64,000 nt of DNA from an uncultured Nitrospiraceae bacterium (GCA_963811165.1 CAWEQH010000010.1:448001-512000); one strand, 5' to 3'; positions 18,341 through 29,213 are shown, counted from the stretch's first letter. Made by a program: numbers and translations. The notes: a model not told the origin generated them from the letters alone.

Positions 18341-20077
18341 TCACCAGTTGAAGACCTTGTCCAAGTCTTCGTCCTTCACCCCGAAGGTAACGTTGTGAGG
18401 AGCAAACTTCTCTGACTTGAAATACTCCGGCAACCGGTCATGCTGAGCTGTGAAGCCGGCCCGGGCATTGAAATCCCGCTCCATCTTAAGGACCTTTTTC
18501 CCGAGATCGGTCACCCCGTCGCCGGTCAGGCTCAATCCATAGAAGGAATTGAGCAGATCTAAGAGCGCTTGGAACGTGTCGGGCTGATCGAGCACTGCAA
18601 AGGCGATAAAAAGACACATGCCGGTAGAGTCGATCGCAGCGGTCGCAATTTGGAGATTTCTCGAAAGCTCAACCTGTCCCTCGGGTTTGAGCGCATTAAC
18701 GTCGCCTCCCACCTTCAGGACGTTCTGGGCAACGGCGTATCCTGCTGTGTGGTCTGCGCCCATCGGGCTTGTAGCGTAGGTGACACCGATGCCCTGGACA
18801 GCGCGGGGGTCATAGGCAGGCATTGCCTGACCCTTGACCACAGGCACCCTCTCGACACCAAAGGCCTTGCCGGTGACAGCAGCGCCGCTGCCCAGGATGC
18901 GGCCGAGGTGCGTGCCTTTGCCGATCTCATGTATCATCCCGATAGCTGCATCGGCATCTCCGAACTCGGCCAGGCCCGCCTCCATGGCAACGGCGATGGT
19001 TGCTCCCGTCTCGATCGTGTCGATGCCGTAATTGTCATCGAGGAAATCCATCATGGCTATCTTGTCAAGGTCGCTGATGCCGCAATTGCCGCCATGGGCC
19101 CAGACGGTTTCGTATTCAGGCTGTTTGGTGAGGTAGTGGCCGTCCTTGTCATTATATGTGCCGGAGCACTGGATGACGCAGCCGCGGTGGCAGCCATGGG
19201 TCGGGTTCGCCCCGCGCGTCTTCTCGGTTTCGGCCTGTGTCTCACCGCTGATCTTTGAAGCACCGTCGAAGCGGCCTTGTTTGAAGTTATACGTGGGATA
19301 CCCTCCGACCTCGTTCAGAATGTTCGTCAGCACATTCGTGCCATAGGCCGGAAGTCCCTGGCCTGTTACTGCATGGCTCTTGAGGCCGTCGACGAACCTC
19401 TTGTTTGCCGCTTTGAATTCTTCCGGGTTCTTTGGCGTCCGCATCGGCATGCCGGTATCGTCAAGGACAATAGCCTTAACACCCTTTGAACCCATGACCG
19501 CGCCCAGGCCGCCGCGTCCGGCATGGCGGGTAGGCCGTAATTCTATATCGGTAAATGCCACTGTTGCGGAGGCCATCTTCATCTCTCCGGCAGGTCCGAT
19601 CGAGATGCAGGAGATCTTATCGCCGTATTCAGCCTTCATCTTTGCGACAAGATCATAATTGGGGAGCATTTTAAGACTGTTGTCGACTGAGATCTTTACC
19701 CCGTCCTTGTTGATAAAGACCTTGAAAAGGTCGTTGTTTTTCGGTTTCCCTTCAAGCACAATTGCGGCATACCCCAGCCGGGCCAGCACCTGGGAAGGCT
19801 GCCCTCCGGAGTTTGCCTCTTTAATGCCGCCGGTGAGCGGACTCTTGCCGCCCACAGAAATTCGGCCGGACATGGCGCTTGCGGTCCCGCTCAACATACC
19901 AGGGGCTATCACCAGCTTGTTTTCGGCCCCCAAGGGATGGCAAAGAGGCGGAACTTCCTGTGAGACTATCGCAGAGGTCATAGCCCTGCCTCCAAACCCG
20001 GCATATTGGCCCAAAGGTACTGTACTTGCCCTGGGACCCCCGTCGGCCCCCATATCGATCCTTAGTATCTTATCCAT
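18341..20077 (-). CDS. aor: Aldehyde:ferredoxin oxidoreductase (tungstopterin AOR family)
   Basis: KSPLTGGIKEANSGG, AGRGGLGAVMGSK, CHRGCVIQC, PEYET, GIDTI, YDPR, GADH, GMCLF. Confidence 0.93.
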   Translation of the reverse strand: MDKILRIDMGADGGPRASTVPLGQYAGFGGRAMTSAIVSQEVPPLCHPLGAENKLVIAPGMLSGTASAMSGRISVGGKSPLTGGIKEANSGGQPSQVLARLGYAAIVLEGKPKNNDLFKVFINKDGVKISVDNSLKMLPNYDLVAKMKAEYGDKISCISIGPAGEMKMASATVAFTDIELRPTRHAGRGGLGAVMGSKGVKAIVLDDTGMPMRTPKNPEEFKAANKRFVDGLKSHAVTGQGLPAYGTNVLTNILNEVGGYPTYNFKQGRFDGASKISGETQAETEKTRGANPTHGCHRGCVIQCSGTYNDKDGHYLTKQPEYETVWAHGGNCGISDLDKIAMMDFLDDNYGIDTIETGATIAVAMEAGLAEFGDADAAIGMIHEIGKGTHLGRILGSGAAVTGKAFGVERVPVVKGQAMPAYDPRAVQGIGVTYATSPMGADHTAGYAVAQNVLKVGGDVNALKPEGQVELSRNLQIATAAIDSTGMCLFIAFAVLDQPDTFQALLDLLNSFYGLSLTGDGVTDLGKKVLKMERDFNARAGFTAQHDRLPEYFKSEKFAPHNVTFGVKDEDLDKVFNW

Positions 20078-20153
20078 ATGCTTCTCCCTTTCTTCGAAAC
20101 ACAGATTACACGATTGGATTCGCTTTGATTCCTTGTCATCATTCCCTACTCAA

Positions 20154-20182
20154 ACTATAGATAAAAAGAAGTGCCTTGTCAA
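20154..20182 (-). promoter_or_regulatory. Sigma70-type promoter of aor
   Basis: TTGACA-17 nt-TATAGT on the minus strand, ~75 nt upstream of the ATG. Confidence 0.65.
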
Positions 20183-20346
20183 TCGGATCAATGGACCACA
20201 CCACCCATCTGTTGTCGCCGAATGTTTCCTCCAGCTAATTACCCGGGAAAAATTGAATCTTAGGCTGCCTGAGAAGGAAGGTATTATTTATTTTTTCGAG
20301 AGGGGGTAAATACGATAAGCAAAAGATTGCCTCTCCATACCTGAGA

Positions 20347-20688
20347 TTATCTGAGCCGGAAATGGAAACCGACGACCGCCCGGTAATCTGTGCGGCTGTT
20401 GTCTTTTGGCTCAAGGCCCGGATAAGGCGGCGAGGTAAGATCAAGGAAGGCATTGAGTCCCTCTTTCATTGGGACTAATAATCTCCGCACAGGGCTGGTC
20501 TCGCGATCTTTACTCTCCCCGGGAGTGCCCACTGTCCCAAGAAGACCGGCGGCTTCAAGATGGAGTACTGAGACGAGATCTTTCTTAGCTCCGTCCTGCG
20601 TCTCGGCCTTTGCTCCGCCTGTGACGACCAAAAAAAACACAGAAAAAACGACACTGAGAAAGCTTATGAGGATGCTACATTTCTTCAC
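20347..20688 (-). CDS. Hypothetical exported protein
   Basis: Signal peptide (AKA cleavage); C-terminal beta-strand YRAVVGFHFRLR. Confidence 0.55.
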   Translation of the reverse strand: MKKCSILISFLSVVFSVFFLVVTGGAKAETQDGAKKDLVSVLHLEAAGLLGTVGTPGESKDRETSPVRRLLVPMKEGLNAFLDLTSPPYPGLEPKDNSRTDYRAVVGFHFRLR

Positions 20689-20898
20689 CTTTTTTCATTA
20701 TACCAGACCCATACTAATAAATACACACATTTCTTTGTTTAATCTCTTTTCTCAGAAGGCAGGACCGTTGCCGGTTTCGCACCCGGGCACTTTCCTTAAG
20801 GGGTTGGTCCCGTTACAGGGAGGCAAACAGATCGTCATCATCAATACTCCATGATACCTATTGAATGCCGTAGCAGGAGATCACTGACTCGAGTATTC

Positions 20899-23800
20899 TT
20901 ACGCCGCTATCACCGTTCCACTTTTTTCAACGAGTTCCTCAAGTGCCCCGTACACCGTCTCATAAATTTTCTCCCACACATCCCCATTAAGATCGAGTTC
21001 GAACCCGTCAGGGAGGAATTTGACAGGCCTCTTTTTCTTATTATGCAGAGCGAAGATATTTTCCGGCTGTACAGGCGTGTCCGGCGAAAAGACAACTCGC
21101 ACCTTCTTACCTGCCTCCTGTATCTTCGTTATCGATAAGGCCCTGGCCAGCAGCTTTAGATGCATGATCTTAAGAAGGTTCGTCACCTCCTCGGGAAGTT
21201 TCCCGAACCTGTCTCTCATTTCATCCTTGAAATCGAAAACCTCCTTCGCGGATTTCAAAGAGGCGATCCTCCGGTAAAAACTGAGCCTCAGCGTCACGTC
21301 TTCGATGTATTCCTCGGGGATAAAGGCCGTGGTCTTCAGTTCGATCGCCGGCTCAGGCTCATCTTTTATATCCATGCCCTTTAACTCGGCAACGGCCTTC
21401 TCCAGCATCTCGATATAGAGATCAAAGCCTATCTCGTTGATATGCCCTGACTGCTCGGCCCCGAAGATCTCCCCCGCGCCCCTTATCTCCAGGTCCTTAA
21501 GCGCAAGCCTGAACCCCGCCCCCAGATAGCTCATCTCCTGCACGGCCTGGAGCCTCTTTTTCGCCTCCCCGGTCAGCACCGGCTCGGGCGGCGCAAGAAA
21601 ATAGGCATACCCTTTTACACTCGACCTTCCCACCCTGCCCCTTAGCTGATAAAGGTCGGCAAGTCCCATCCTGTCGGCCATATGTATGATGATCGTATTG
21701 GCCCTCGGGATATCCAATCCCGAACCGATAATGGCGGTCGAAACGAGGACATTGACCTCGCCCGCAAAGAACCTGTGCATCACTTCCTCGAGTTCCTTCT
21801 CCGGCATCTGACCGTGTGCGATGCCTATCACGGCCTGAGGAACGAGTTCCTGGATACGCCGGGATATCTTATGAATGTCCCATATCCTGTTATGAACGAA
21901 AAAGACCTGTCCGGACCTCTGAAGCTCAGAGGTTATCACTTCCTTCACAAGCTTGTCGTTAAATACCGTGACGATGCTCTTTACCGAAAGCCTCTCCTCC
22001 GGGGGCGTCTCGATGACGCTTATGTTTCGTATGCCGGAGAGGGCCATATGGAGAGTCCGGGGGATCGGAGTTGCCGTAAGCGTCATGACGTCGATATTTT
22101 TGCTTATCTCCTTTATCTTTTCCTTCTGGCCGACACCGAACCTGTGCTCTTCGTCTACTATCAGTAACCCAAGCCTGCTGAACTCTACCTTCTTCGAGAG
22201 GAGCCCGTGCGTGCCTATCACGATATCCACTTCACCCTTTGCGATGCCCTTTAACGTGATATCGATCTCTTTCCTCGATTTAAACCTGCTCATAAAATCT
22301 ATAGTTACCGGAAAGCCCGAGAACCTTTCTTTGAAGGTCCTATAATGCTGCTCAGCAAGGATGGTCGTAGGGACGAGGACCGCGACCTGCCTGTTGTCAT
22401 ACACCGCTTTGAATGCGGCGCGCATCGCAACTTCGGTCTTTCCATAGCCCACGTCCCCGCAAAGGAGCCTGTCCATGGGGACCTCGGATTCCATGTCTTT
22501 CTTGAGATCTTCTATCGCCTTCAACTGGTCCGGCGTCTCCTCATAGGCAAAGAAACTGTCGAACTCCCTGTGCAGATCGGTGTCGGGACTGAACGTAAAC
22601 CCCCGCGCCACCCTTCTGTCGGCATACAGTGCGAGGAGTTTTGCCGCCATCTCCTGCACTTTCTTTTTGACACGCTCTTTCTTTTTCTGCCAGGTCTTGC
22701 CGCCGAGCCTGTCTATTTTCGGGAGGACCCCCTCTTCCGAGCGGTACTTGGATATGATCTGGATCGACTGGACCGGGATATAGAGGCGACCGTCTTCATA
22801 TTCGATGAGCATGAGCTCAAGCTCGATGTCGTCCCTCTTCTGCCTGACAACACCGGAGAACCGCCCGACGCCGTGGTCCCTGTGTACGACAAAATCACCG
22901 GGAGTGATATCGTCAAGGGAGACCAGAAGGTTCGCCACCTTCGACTTTCGTATCGATCTGAAGGCCGGCCTCTCGCCGAATATTTCCTTTTCGGTAAGAA
23001 TAAGGAGTCCCCTCAGGAATACTCCGGAGGACAGCCCGCCTACTACTATTGTGATGCCGCCTTTGTAATCGCGAACTTCCCCGACATCGATGACAGGTAC
23101 GATCATCTCCCGGTCCCTGAACAAATCCTTGAGCCGCTCGGACTGTCCGGTGGAAGAGGCGACGATGACTACCTTGTTGTCTCTTGATATACCCCTGATC
23201 GTCTCAGGCAGGTCCTCTACACTCTTTCTTTCATCCGGCAGGATACCATGCCCTTTTACCGAAAGGACCCCCGCGTCTATCTGGGGGACCGAGATAGAAT
23301 CATCGTCCCCTTCGTCTTCGGGGAAAGGGCTGCCTGCTTCGAAGGAGAACCGTGAAAGATAGATCGTATCTTCGGGAAGTGCGTCTCCTTCAGATTCAGG
23401 ATAAAGAGAGAAAAACTTTCTGCCCCCCAGCACGTCGGTCAAATGCCTTATCTCTTGGGCTTCTTTCGCCGGGAAAAGCATGAATCCATCGAGGTCGGTC
23501 GTCGACCTCTGAGACCCCGTATCAAAAAACCTGATCCGCTCTATCTCGTCCCCGAAAAATTCGACCCTGATCGGGTCCTCGGACGTTGAGGGAAAAATGT
23601 CCACAATCCATTCCCTCCGGCTGTATTCTCCCTTTTCCGCAGCCATTGCGGTCCTCACATATCCCAGACTGACGAGTGCCTCTTCAAACCCGGCCCTCTC
23701 CCATGTAGCGCCCTTTTTAAGCTCCAGCATGTCTTCAAGGAGGGATTCGCCAGTATGCAATGTCGAGACAATATTGGCCGAGGAAGTGACCACAGAGTCC

Positions 23801-24084
23801 CGCTCTCCCATTTCGTACAGAAGCGCGGCCCTGGCCCCTGCCGCCTCCGGCCCCTCCGGCTCCGGCAGAACGACCACGGAACCGCCGCTCCCCGTTATCT
23901 CCCGATAAAAAAGGATATCTTTTTTAAGGAGGCGGGCGCCGGTCTCCCCCTGTTCTACGGCGACAAAGGGTTTCTCCTGAAGAGCAAGCAAGAGGGCGAC
24001 CGATGATCCCTTCAGGTTATAGATACGGCACGTCTCCGGAAACGAAGAAGGGACGACTTTATTTATGAGGGAAAGAAGTTCCAA
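20899..24084 (-). CDS. mfd: Transcription-repair coupling factor
   Basis: CarD-like VVHRDHGVG, GDVGYGKT, DEEHRFG, QLRGRVGR, TRCF domain. Confidence 0.97.
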   Translation of the reverse strand: MELLSLINKVVPSSFPETCRIYNLKGSSVALLLALQEKPFVAVEQGETGARLLKKDILFYREITGSGGSVVVLPEPEGPEAAGARAALLYEMGERDSVVTSSANIVSTLHTGESLLEDMLELKKGATWERAGFEEALVSLGYVRTAMAAEKGEYSRREWIVDIFPSTSEDPIRVEFFGDEIERIRFFDTGSQRSTTDLDGFMLFPAKEAQEIRHLTDVLGGRKFFSLYPESEGDALPEDTIYLSRFSFEAGSPFPEDEGDDDSISVPQIDAGVLSVKGHGILPDERKSVEDLPETIRGISRDNKVVIVASSTGQSERLKDLFRDREMIVPVIDVGEVRDYKGGITIVVGGLSSGVFLRGLLILTEKEIFGERPAFRSIRKSKVANLLVSLDDITPGDFVVHRDHGVGRFSGVVRQKRDDIELELMLIEYEDGRLYIPVQSIQIISKYRSEEGVLPKIDRLGGKTWQKKKERVKKKVQEMAAKLLALYADRRVARGFTFSPDTDLHREFDSFFAYEETPDQLKAIEDLKKDMESEVPMDRLLCGDVGYGKTEVAMRAAFKAVYDNRQVAVLVPTTILAEQHYRTFKERFSGFPVTIDFMSRFKSRKEIDITLKGIAKGEVDIVIGTHGLLSKKVEFSRLGLLIVDEEHRFGVGQKEKIKEISKNIDVMTLTATPIPRTLHMALSGIRNISVIETPPEERLSVKSIVTVFNDKLVKEVITSELQRSGQVFFVHNRIWDIHKISRRIQELVPQAVIGIAHGQMPEKELEEVMHRFFAGEVNVLVSTAIIGSGLDIPRANTIIIHMADRMGLADLYQLRGRVGRSSVKGYAYFLAPPEPVLTGEAKKRLQAVQEMSYLGAGFRLALKDLEIRGAGEIFGAEQSGHINEIGFDLYIEMLEKAVAELKGMDIKDEPEPAIELKTTAFIPEEYIEDVTLRLSFYRRIASLKSAKEVFDFKDEMRDRFGKLPEEVTNLLKIMHLKLLARALSITKIQEAGKKVRVVFSPDTPVQPENIFALHNKKKRPVKFLPDGFELDLNGDVWEKIYETVYGALEELVEKSGTVIAA

Positions 24085-24086
24085 TA

Positions 24087-24548
24087 TTACAGTTCTGTTT
24101 TGAGTATCTTTTCGATAATGCGCGTCGTGGAAGCGCCTTTTACATAAGGGAGACTGTATGTTTCCTTTGCGATATCAGACCCCACTATCTCTTTTTTCTT
24201 CCAATCCCCGCCCTTTACGAGCACATCCGGTCTCAACGACCTGATCAACGTGTAGGGGGTCCGCTCATCAAAGACAGTCACATAATCGACCATGCAAAGC
24301 GCAGCCAGGACCTCCGCGCGATCTTTCTGGGAATTGATCGGTCTTCCGGGCTTTATGAGGGCGACCGACTTATCGGAATTGAGCCCGACGATGAGCACGT
24401 CGCCCAGTTTCCTTGCCCGCCTCAGATATCTCACATGACCTTTATGGATTATATCGAAGCAGCCGTTCGTAAAGACTATCTTTTTGCCCTGCCCTGCCAG
24501 CCTGCCGCAGATTTCCCTGAGCGTGCTTCTGTCAACTACCTTTTTCAT
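24087..24548 (-). CDS. rfaE2: D-glycero-beta-D-manno-heptose 1-phosphate adenylyltransferase
   Basis: FTNGCFDIIHKGH, GLNSDKS, KGGDW, STT. Confidence 0.92.
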   Translation of the reverse strand: MKKVVDRSTLREICGRLAGQGKKIVFTNGCFDIIHKGHVRYLRRARKLGDVLIVGLNSDKSVALIKPGRPINSQKDRAEVLAALCMVDYVTVFDERTPYTLIRSLRPDVLVKGGDWKKKEIVGSDIAKETYSLPYVKGASTTRIIEKILKTEL

Positions 24549-24994
24549 GTACCCTTCCCGAGCTCTCCAAGGCGCGCCCTGGCCTTCTCAAGGATCGTCC
24601 TGTCGCCGCTGAAGCTGATCTTTTGCAACGCCGCTTCAAAGGGGAACCAGACGGCGTCATCGACCTCGGAATCATGCTGCGAGGTATTACCGCTTTCGTA
24701 TTCCATAAGATAAAAATGCACTGTCTTTCTGCACTTTGTGTTTTCTCCTCGTATGTAATACCAGTACGCGATCTCTCCGAGTTTATCGATGATCCTGCCC
24801 GACAGACCCGATTCCTCCCTCACTTCGCGAACTGCCGTCATCTCCGGGGTCTCCCCTTTGTCGACGATCCCCTTCGGAAGACACCAGTATTTCCCGCCCC
24901 TCACAGAGACAAGTACCACTTCCAAAACGCCCGGGCCCTTCCGGAATATTACCCCTCCCGAGGAGATCTGGCGTTTTAAGGAAGCGGGCCTCAT
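24545..24994 (-). CDS. NUDIX hydrolase
   Basis: Nudix box GIVDKGETPEMTAVREVREESG. Confidence 0.92.
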   Translation of the reverse strand: MRPASLKRQISSGGVIFRKGPGVLEVVLVSVRGGKYWCLPKGIVDKGETPEMTAVREVREESGLSGRIIDKLGEIAYWYYIRGENTKCRKTVHFYLMEYESGNTSQHDSEVDDAVWFPFEAALQKISFSGDRTILEKARARLGELGKGT

Positions 24995-24997
24995 CCC

Positions 24998-25423
24998 TTA
25001 TCCGTCCGTCATGCCGGCAAGCTGCGCAAAATCCTTGAATGCCCCGCTTATGTCACTTCTGAGCCTCATGGGCTTTAGGTTCCGGCCTACACAGCCGATC
25101 TTCACAGACCCCTCGACGATGCTCTCTCCGGTGCCCTCCCTGAGGACCCTGTGGCCGAATAGTATGGAGGCGGCACCGATCTTGCCGACCGAGGTCTCGA
25201 CGGAAAAAATATCGCCGTATCTTCCCGGGGAAAGGTATCGCAGATTTGCCTCCACGACGACAAAGAAAATACCTTCGTCCATGAGTTTCTTCAGGTCCAT
25301 GCCCCGGGATTCAAACAGCTCAGTCCTCGCCCGCTCGAAATACTTCAGGTAATTCGCATAATAGACAACGCCCCCGCAGTCCGTATCTTCGTAATAGATC
25401 TTTACCTTGATGAGATGTTTCAT
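24998..25423 (-). CDS. YbgC/FadM family acyl-CoA thioesterase
   Basis: YYEDTDCGGVVYYANYLKYFERAR. Confidence 0.9.
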   Translation of the reverse strand: MKHLIKVKIYYEDTDCGGVVYYANYLKYFERARTELFESRGMDLKKLMDEGIFFVVVEANLRYLSPGRYGDIFSVETSVGKIGAASILFGHRVLREGTGESIVEGSVKIGCVGRNLKPMRLRSDISGAFKDFAQLAGMTDG

Positions 25424-26505
25424 CAGGGCAGCATCTTCCCGGTCACCAGCCTGAGGATATCATTGTACAAGGCAAACACCATGAGGGCGACAAGCAGCGC
25501 GAGGCCTACCCTCTGGGCCACAAGAAGGACCTTTTCGCTAAGGGGCTTTCGCCTCACAAATTCAATCCCGAAAAAAAGGAGATGTCCGCCGTCAAGAAGC
25601 GGGATCGGAAGGATATTGAGCACACCAAGATTGATGCTTATGACCGCCATGAAGGTGAAGTAATTTGACGCTCCCTGGGAGGCCTGCTGGCCCGCCATCT
25701 GGAATATCATAATAGGGCCCCCGATCGTATCGGCGGGTATTATCTGTTGTATCAGTTTCACGATAAATACGAGCGTAAGCACGGAAAGCTCCCAGGTCCT
25801 TTGCACCCCAAGGACCAGCGCACCGATAACGCCCTCCTGTTTCAAGGCGGTCTTCCCCGAAGGAGCAATGCCGATCAGGCCGACATCCTGGCTCTTGCCG
25901 AAAAGGTCTTTCACCGTCTTTTTCTGCGGAGTGACCGCCACGGCAAAAGTCGTTGCCCCTCTTTTGATCTTCAGCGAAAGCTCTTTCCCCGGACTATTAT
26001 GGATGATGGCGGTCATGTCGTCCCATCTCTTAATAGGGGTACCGTTGATCTCCGCGACCGCATCGCCTTTCATCAGTCCGATCTTAGACGCAGGAGAGCC
26101 GGCAGTCACTTCACCCACTTCGGGAAGCAGGTAGGGGACGCCGTTTACAAATACAAAGAAAAATACGACGGCCGCAAAGATGAGGTTGAAGAGCGGACCG
26201 GCAAGGACGATCACGAACCTCTTCCATACCGGCTGGAAATTAAACGCCCTGTGTTTTTCCGCCTCCGGTATCTCCTGTGCCTCCGCAGGCATGTCCTCCT
26301 GTCCGAGCATTTTGACGTAACCGCCCAGCGGTACGGCCGATATCACGTATTCTGTTTCCCCGTGGGTCTTCCCGATCACCTTCGGACCGAAACCGAGGGA
26401 GAACTTAAGCACCTTCACCCCCATAAGTTTCGCAAAGATAAAGTGTCCCAGCTCGTGCACAAATATGAGGACCCCGAGAAGGACAAGCGCGTAAATCATC
26501 GTCAT
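25423..26505 (-). CDS. rseP: RIP metalloprotease RseP
   Basis: HELGH, PDZ domain, NILPIPLLDGG. Confidence 0.95.
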   Translation of the reverse strand: MTMIYALVLLGVLIFVHELGHFIFAKLMGVKVLKFSLGFGPKVIGKTHGETEYVISAVPLGGYVKMLGQEDMPAEAQEIPEAEKHRAFNFQPVWKRFVIVLAGPLFNLIFAAVVFFFVFVNGVPYLLPEVGEVTAGSPASKIGLMKGDAVAEINGTPIKRWDDMTAIIHNSPGKELSLKIKRGATTFAVAVTPQKKTVKDLFGKSQDVGLIGIAPSGKTALKQEGVIGALVLGVQRTWELSVLTLVFIVKLIQQIIPADTIGGPIMIFQMAGQQASQGASNYFTFMAVISINLGVLNILPIPLLDGGHLLFFGIEFVRRKPLSEKVLLVAQRVGLALLVALMVFALYNDILRLVTGKMLP

Positions 26506-27656
26506 CTTTTTGACTCCTTAACACATTTTTCAGCCGTCTCACGCGACCATCTGTCCGCATCCATCACATCTTCCAAGGCGGCAACGGGACCCGCCTTATG
26601 ACTGTCTACGGTCTTCCTGACCACCGAAGATATCCCGTTGAACCCGATCCTGCCGTCCAAAAATGCGTTGACCGCCACTTCGTTGGAGGCGTTTAATACG
26701 CAGGGCACCGTCCCGCCGGCCTTTATCGCATCATATGCATAGGAGAGACAGGGGAATGTCTCATGGTCCGGGTTCCTAAACGTCAGGCTCCCGATCGCAT
26801 CCAGTTCAAGAGGAGCGATAGGGTCGCCTATCCTGTCGGGATAAGAGAGCGCGTAGGATATCGGCCCCTTCATATCCGGCATGGACATCTGCGCAAGACA
26901 ACTCCTGTCTATGAATTCGACCAGAGAATGCACGATACTCTGCGGATGAATAAGCACGCTCACTTTCTCGGCGGGCATATCAAACAGCCAGCAGGCCTCT
27001 ATCACCTCGAGCCCCTTGTTCATCAGCGTGGCGGAATCGATCGAAATTTTTTTCCCCATACTCCAGTTAGGGTGTTTAAGCGCCTCTTTTGCCGTAATAT
27101 CTTTAAGCTCGGTCCGCTTTTTACCGACAAAGGGACCGCCCGAGGCGGTAAGGATTATCCTTCTGATACCGGCCCTTTTATGCCCCTCGAGGCACTGAAA
27201 CACGGCGCTATGCTCACTGTCGACCGGGATGATCTTGACGCCTCTTTTCCTTGCCTCGGCCATCACGAGCCCTCCGGCCATGACAAGGGCCTCCTTGTTG
27301 GCAAGGCCTACCGCCTTGCCGGCCTTTATGGCCGCCATCGTAGGCATCAGCCCGGCAGAACCGACGATGGACGATATCACAAAATCGGACCGTTCATATG
27401 AAGCAACACTGTTGATGCCCTCCGCCCCTGCAAGTACCTCTGGCCCGTTGACCCTTTTGCGCAGGGCCAGCGCAGTCCCCTCGTCAGCGACAGCCACGAC
27501 ATCGGGACTAAAGGTCTTTATCTGGCTTTCCAGAAGGTCAATATTTCTGCCTGCCGAGAGGGCCACGACCTTGAAGTCGTGCATGTTTCTGGCGACAACA
27601 TCAAGTGTGCTTCGGCCTATGGAACCCGTCGAGCCGAGTATCGTCAATCTTTTCAT
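26502..27656 (-). CDS. dxr: 1-deoxy-D-xylulose 5-phosphate reductoisomerase
   Basis: LGSTGSIG, LANKE, PVDSEH, HPNWSMG, NKGLE. Confidence 0.97.
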   Translation of the reverse strand: MKRLTILGSTGSIGRSTLDVVARNMHDFKVVALSAGRNIDLLESQIKTFSPDVVAVADEGTALALRKRVNGPEVLAGAEGINSVASYERSDFVISSIVGSAGLMPTMAAIKAGKAVGLANKEALVMAGGLVMAEARKRGVKIIPVDSEHSAVFQCLEGHKRAGIRRIILTASGGPFVGKKRTELKDITAKEALKHPNWSMGKKISIDSATLMNKGLEVIEACWLFDMPAEKVSVLIHPQSIVHSLVEFIDRSCLAQMSMPDMKGPISYALSYPDRIGDPIAPLELDAIGSLTFRNPDHETFPCLSYAYDAIKAGGTVPCVLNASNEVAVNAFLDGRIGFNGISSVVRKTVDSHKAGPVAALEDVMDADRWSRETAEKCVKESKR

Positions 27657-27706
27657 ACCACTAATTATACTAAATATGTTCCCTTCTGTTTTTTGTTTTC
27701 CAGCGG

Positions 27707-28498
27707 CTAACCGAGAAGACCGAGGCCTGTACAGAGCAAGTAAAAGACGGGCCCCGCAAACGTCACGCTATCGAGCTTGTCCAAGACGCCGCCGTGGCCC
27801 GGCAGGATAGTCCCCGAATCCTTTATGCCGGCGTCACGCTTGAACATCGATTCAACGAGGTCCCCGATGATGCTTGCGATGCCGATGGAGAAGCCCAGTA
27901 TGATTGCGTGAAACGGCGAAACCTGTCTCATCAGCATAGACCTGACAAGGAGTGCGCCCGCACCCCCCCCGATCACCGAACCCGCTGCTCCCGCCACCGT
28001 CTTATTGGGACTGACCTCCGGGTAGAGTCTTCTCTTGCCGAGACCTTTTCCTACATAATAGGCCGAGCTGTCCGACACCCAGACAGATACGTAGAGCAAG
28101 ACGATCCAGACAGGCCCGGCCTTCGCAAGACTCAGCTGAAAAGTGAGAAGGCCCGGTATGTACACCAGGCCCAGGACGACCGCAGCCACTTCAGAAAGGG
28201 AAGACGCGGGGTCCCTCTTCATAAACAGTCTAAGCCCCATAATCGCCATTGTGCAAAGAAGCAGCGTCTCTATAAAAAAATACTTCGCCCCGAAGAAGAC
28301 CGCGAGCATCGCGGCCCCGCTGGCCACACCCGCGTATTTGAGCGCAGGCCTGAGACGGAGCATACCGTAAAACTCGGTAAGCGCCACCGACGAGACGAGT
28401 ATGAGGAGAAAGAGCAGGTACTCTGCAGGCAGGTACATGATATAGAAATAAAAAAACGGGACAAGTACAGCCGCAACGATCAGCCGTTTACGATGCAT
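27707..28498 (-). CDS. cdsA: Phosphatidate cytidylyltransferase
   Basis: SPNKT, GDLVESMFKRDAGIKDSG, PGHGGVLD. Confidence 0.95.
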   Translation of the reverse strand: MHRKRLIVAAVLVPFFYFYIMYLPAEYLLFLLILVSSVALTEFYGMLRLRPALKYAGVASGAAMLAVFFGAKYFFIETLLLCTMAIMGLRLFMKRDPASSLSEVAAVVLGLVYIPGLLTFQLSLAKAGPVWIVLLYVSVWVSDSSAYYVGKGLGKRRLYPEVSPNKTVAGAAGSVIGGGAGALLVRSMLMRQVSPFHAIILGFSIGIASIIGDLVESMFKRDAGIKDSGTILPGHGGVLDKLDSVTFAGPVFYLLCTGLGLLG

Positions 28499-29207
28499 TC
28501 GACCTCACCGAAATGGCCCCGAAGCGGCGCTCCCTCCCCTGGAAGTCCTGTATAGCCAGCATCATCTCCGATCTGTCGAAGTCGGGCCAGAGCGTATCGG
28601 TAAAATAAAGCTCTGCATATGCGCTTTGCCAGAGGAGGAAATTGGACAGTCTTCTTTCCCCGCTGGTCCTGATAATAAGGTCGGGCGGCGGCATGCCTTC
28701 CGTGTCGAGATATCTGGAAAATGCATCCTCCGTCAACTCCTCCATGCTGCAGCCGGAGGCAACAGCCCTCTTAAGCGCCCTCAGGATCTCGTTCCTGCCG
28801 CTATAGCTCAAGGCCGTCACAAGGGTCATGCCCTTGTTGGCGGAGGTCTTCTCTTGAGTCTCTTGGATAAGGGCGCGTATGTTTTCCGGAAGCCGCCATA
28901 TCTCGCCGATGACCTTAAAGACAATATCACGGTCCACCAGTATGGACAATTCTTTCTTAAGATAGATCTCCAAAAGCCTCATCAGCACCGACACCTCTGA
29001 GGAAGGCCGCTGCCAGTTTTCGGTCGAAAAGGTATAGAGGGTAAGACACTTGATCCCGATCTCGGCGGAAAATTCTATGATCTGCTTGGCACGTTCCGCC
29101 CCGACCCTGTGGCCCTCCACCCTGGGAAGACCCCTCAACTGTGCCCATCTCCCGTTTCCGTCCATGATCACGCCGACGTGGGACGGTATATTTCCCGACA
29201 GACTCAC
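28488..29207 (-). CDS. uppS: Undecaprenyl diphosphate synthase
   Basis: IMDGNGRWA, FSTENW, RTSGERRLSNFLLWQ. Confidence 0.97.
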   Translation of the reverse strand: MSLSGNIPSHVGVIMDGNGRWAQLRGLPRVEGHRVGAERAKQIIEFSAEIGIKCLTLYTFSTENWQRPSSEVSVLMRLLEIYLKKELSILVDRDIVFKVIGEIWRLPENIRALIQETQEKTSANKGMTLVTALSYSGRNEILRALKRAVASGCSMEELTEDAFSRYLDTEGMPPPDLIIRTSGERRLSNFLLWQSAYAELYFTDTLWPDFDRSEMMLAIQDFQGRERRFGAISVRSNAS

Positions 29208-29213
29208 TCTCTC

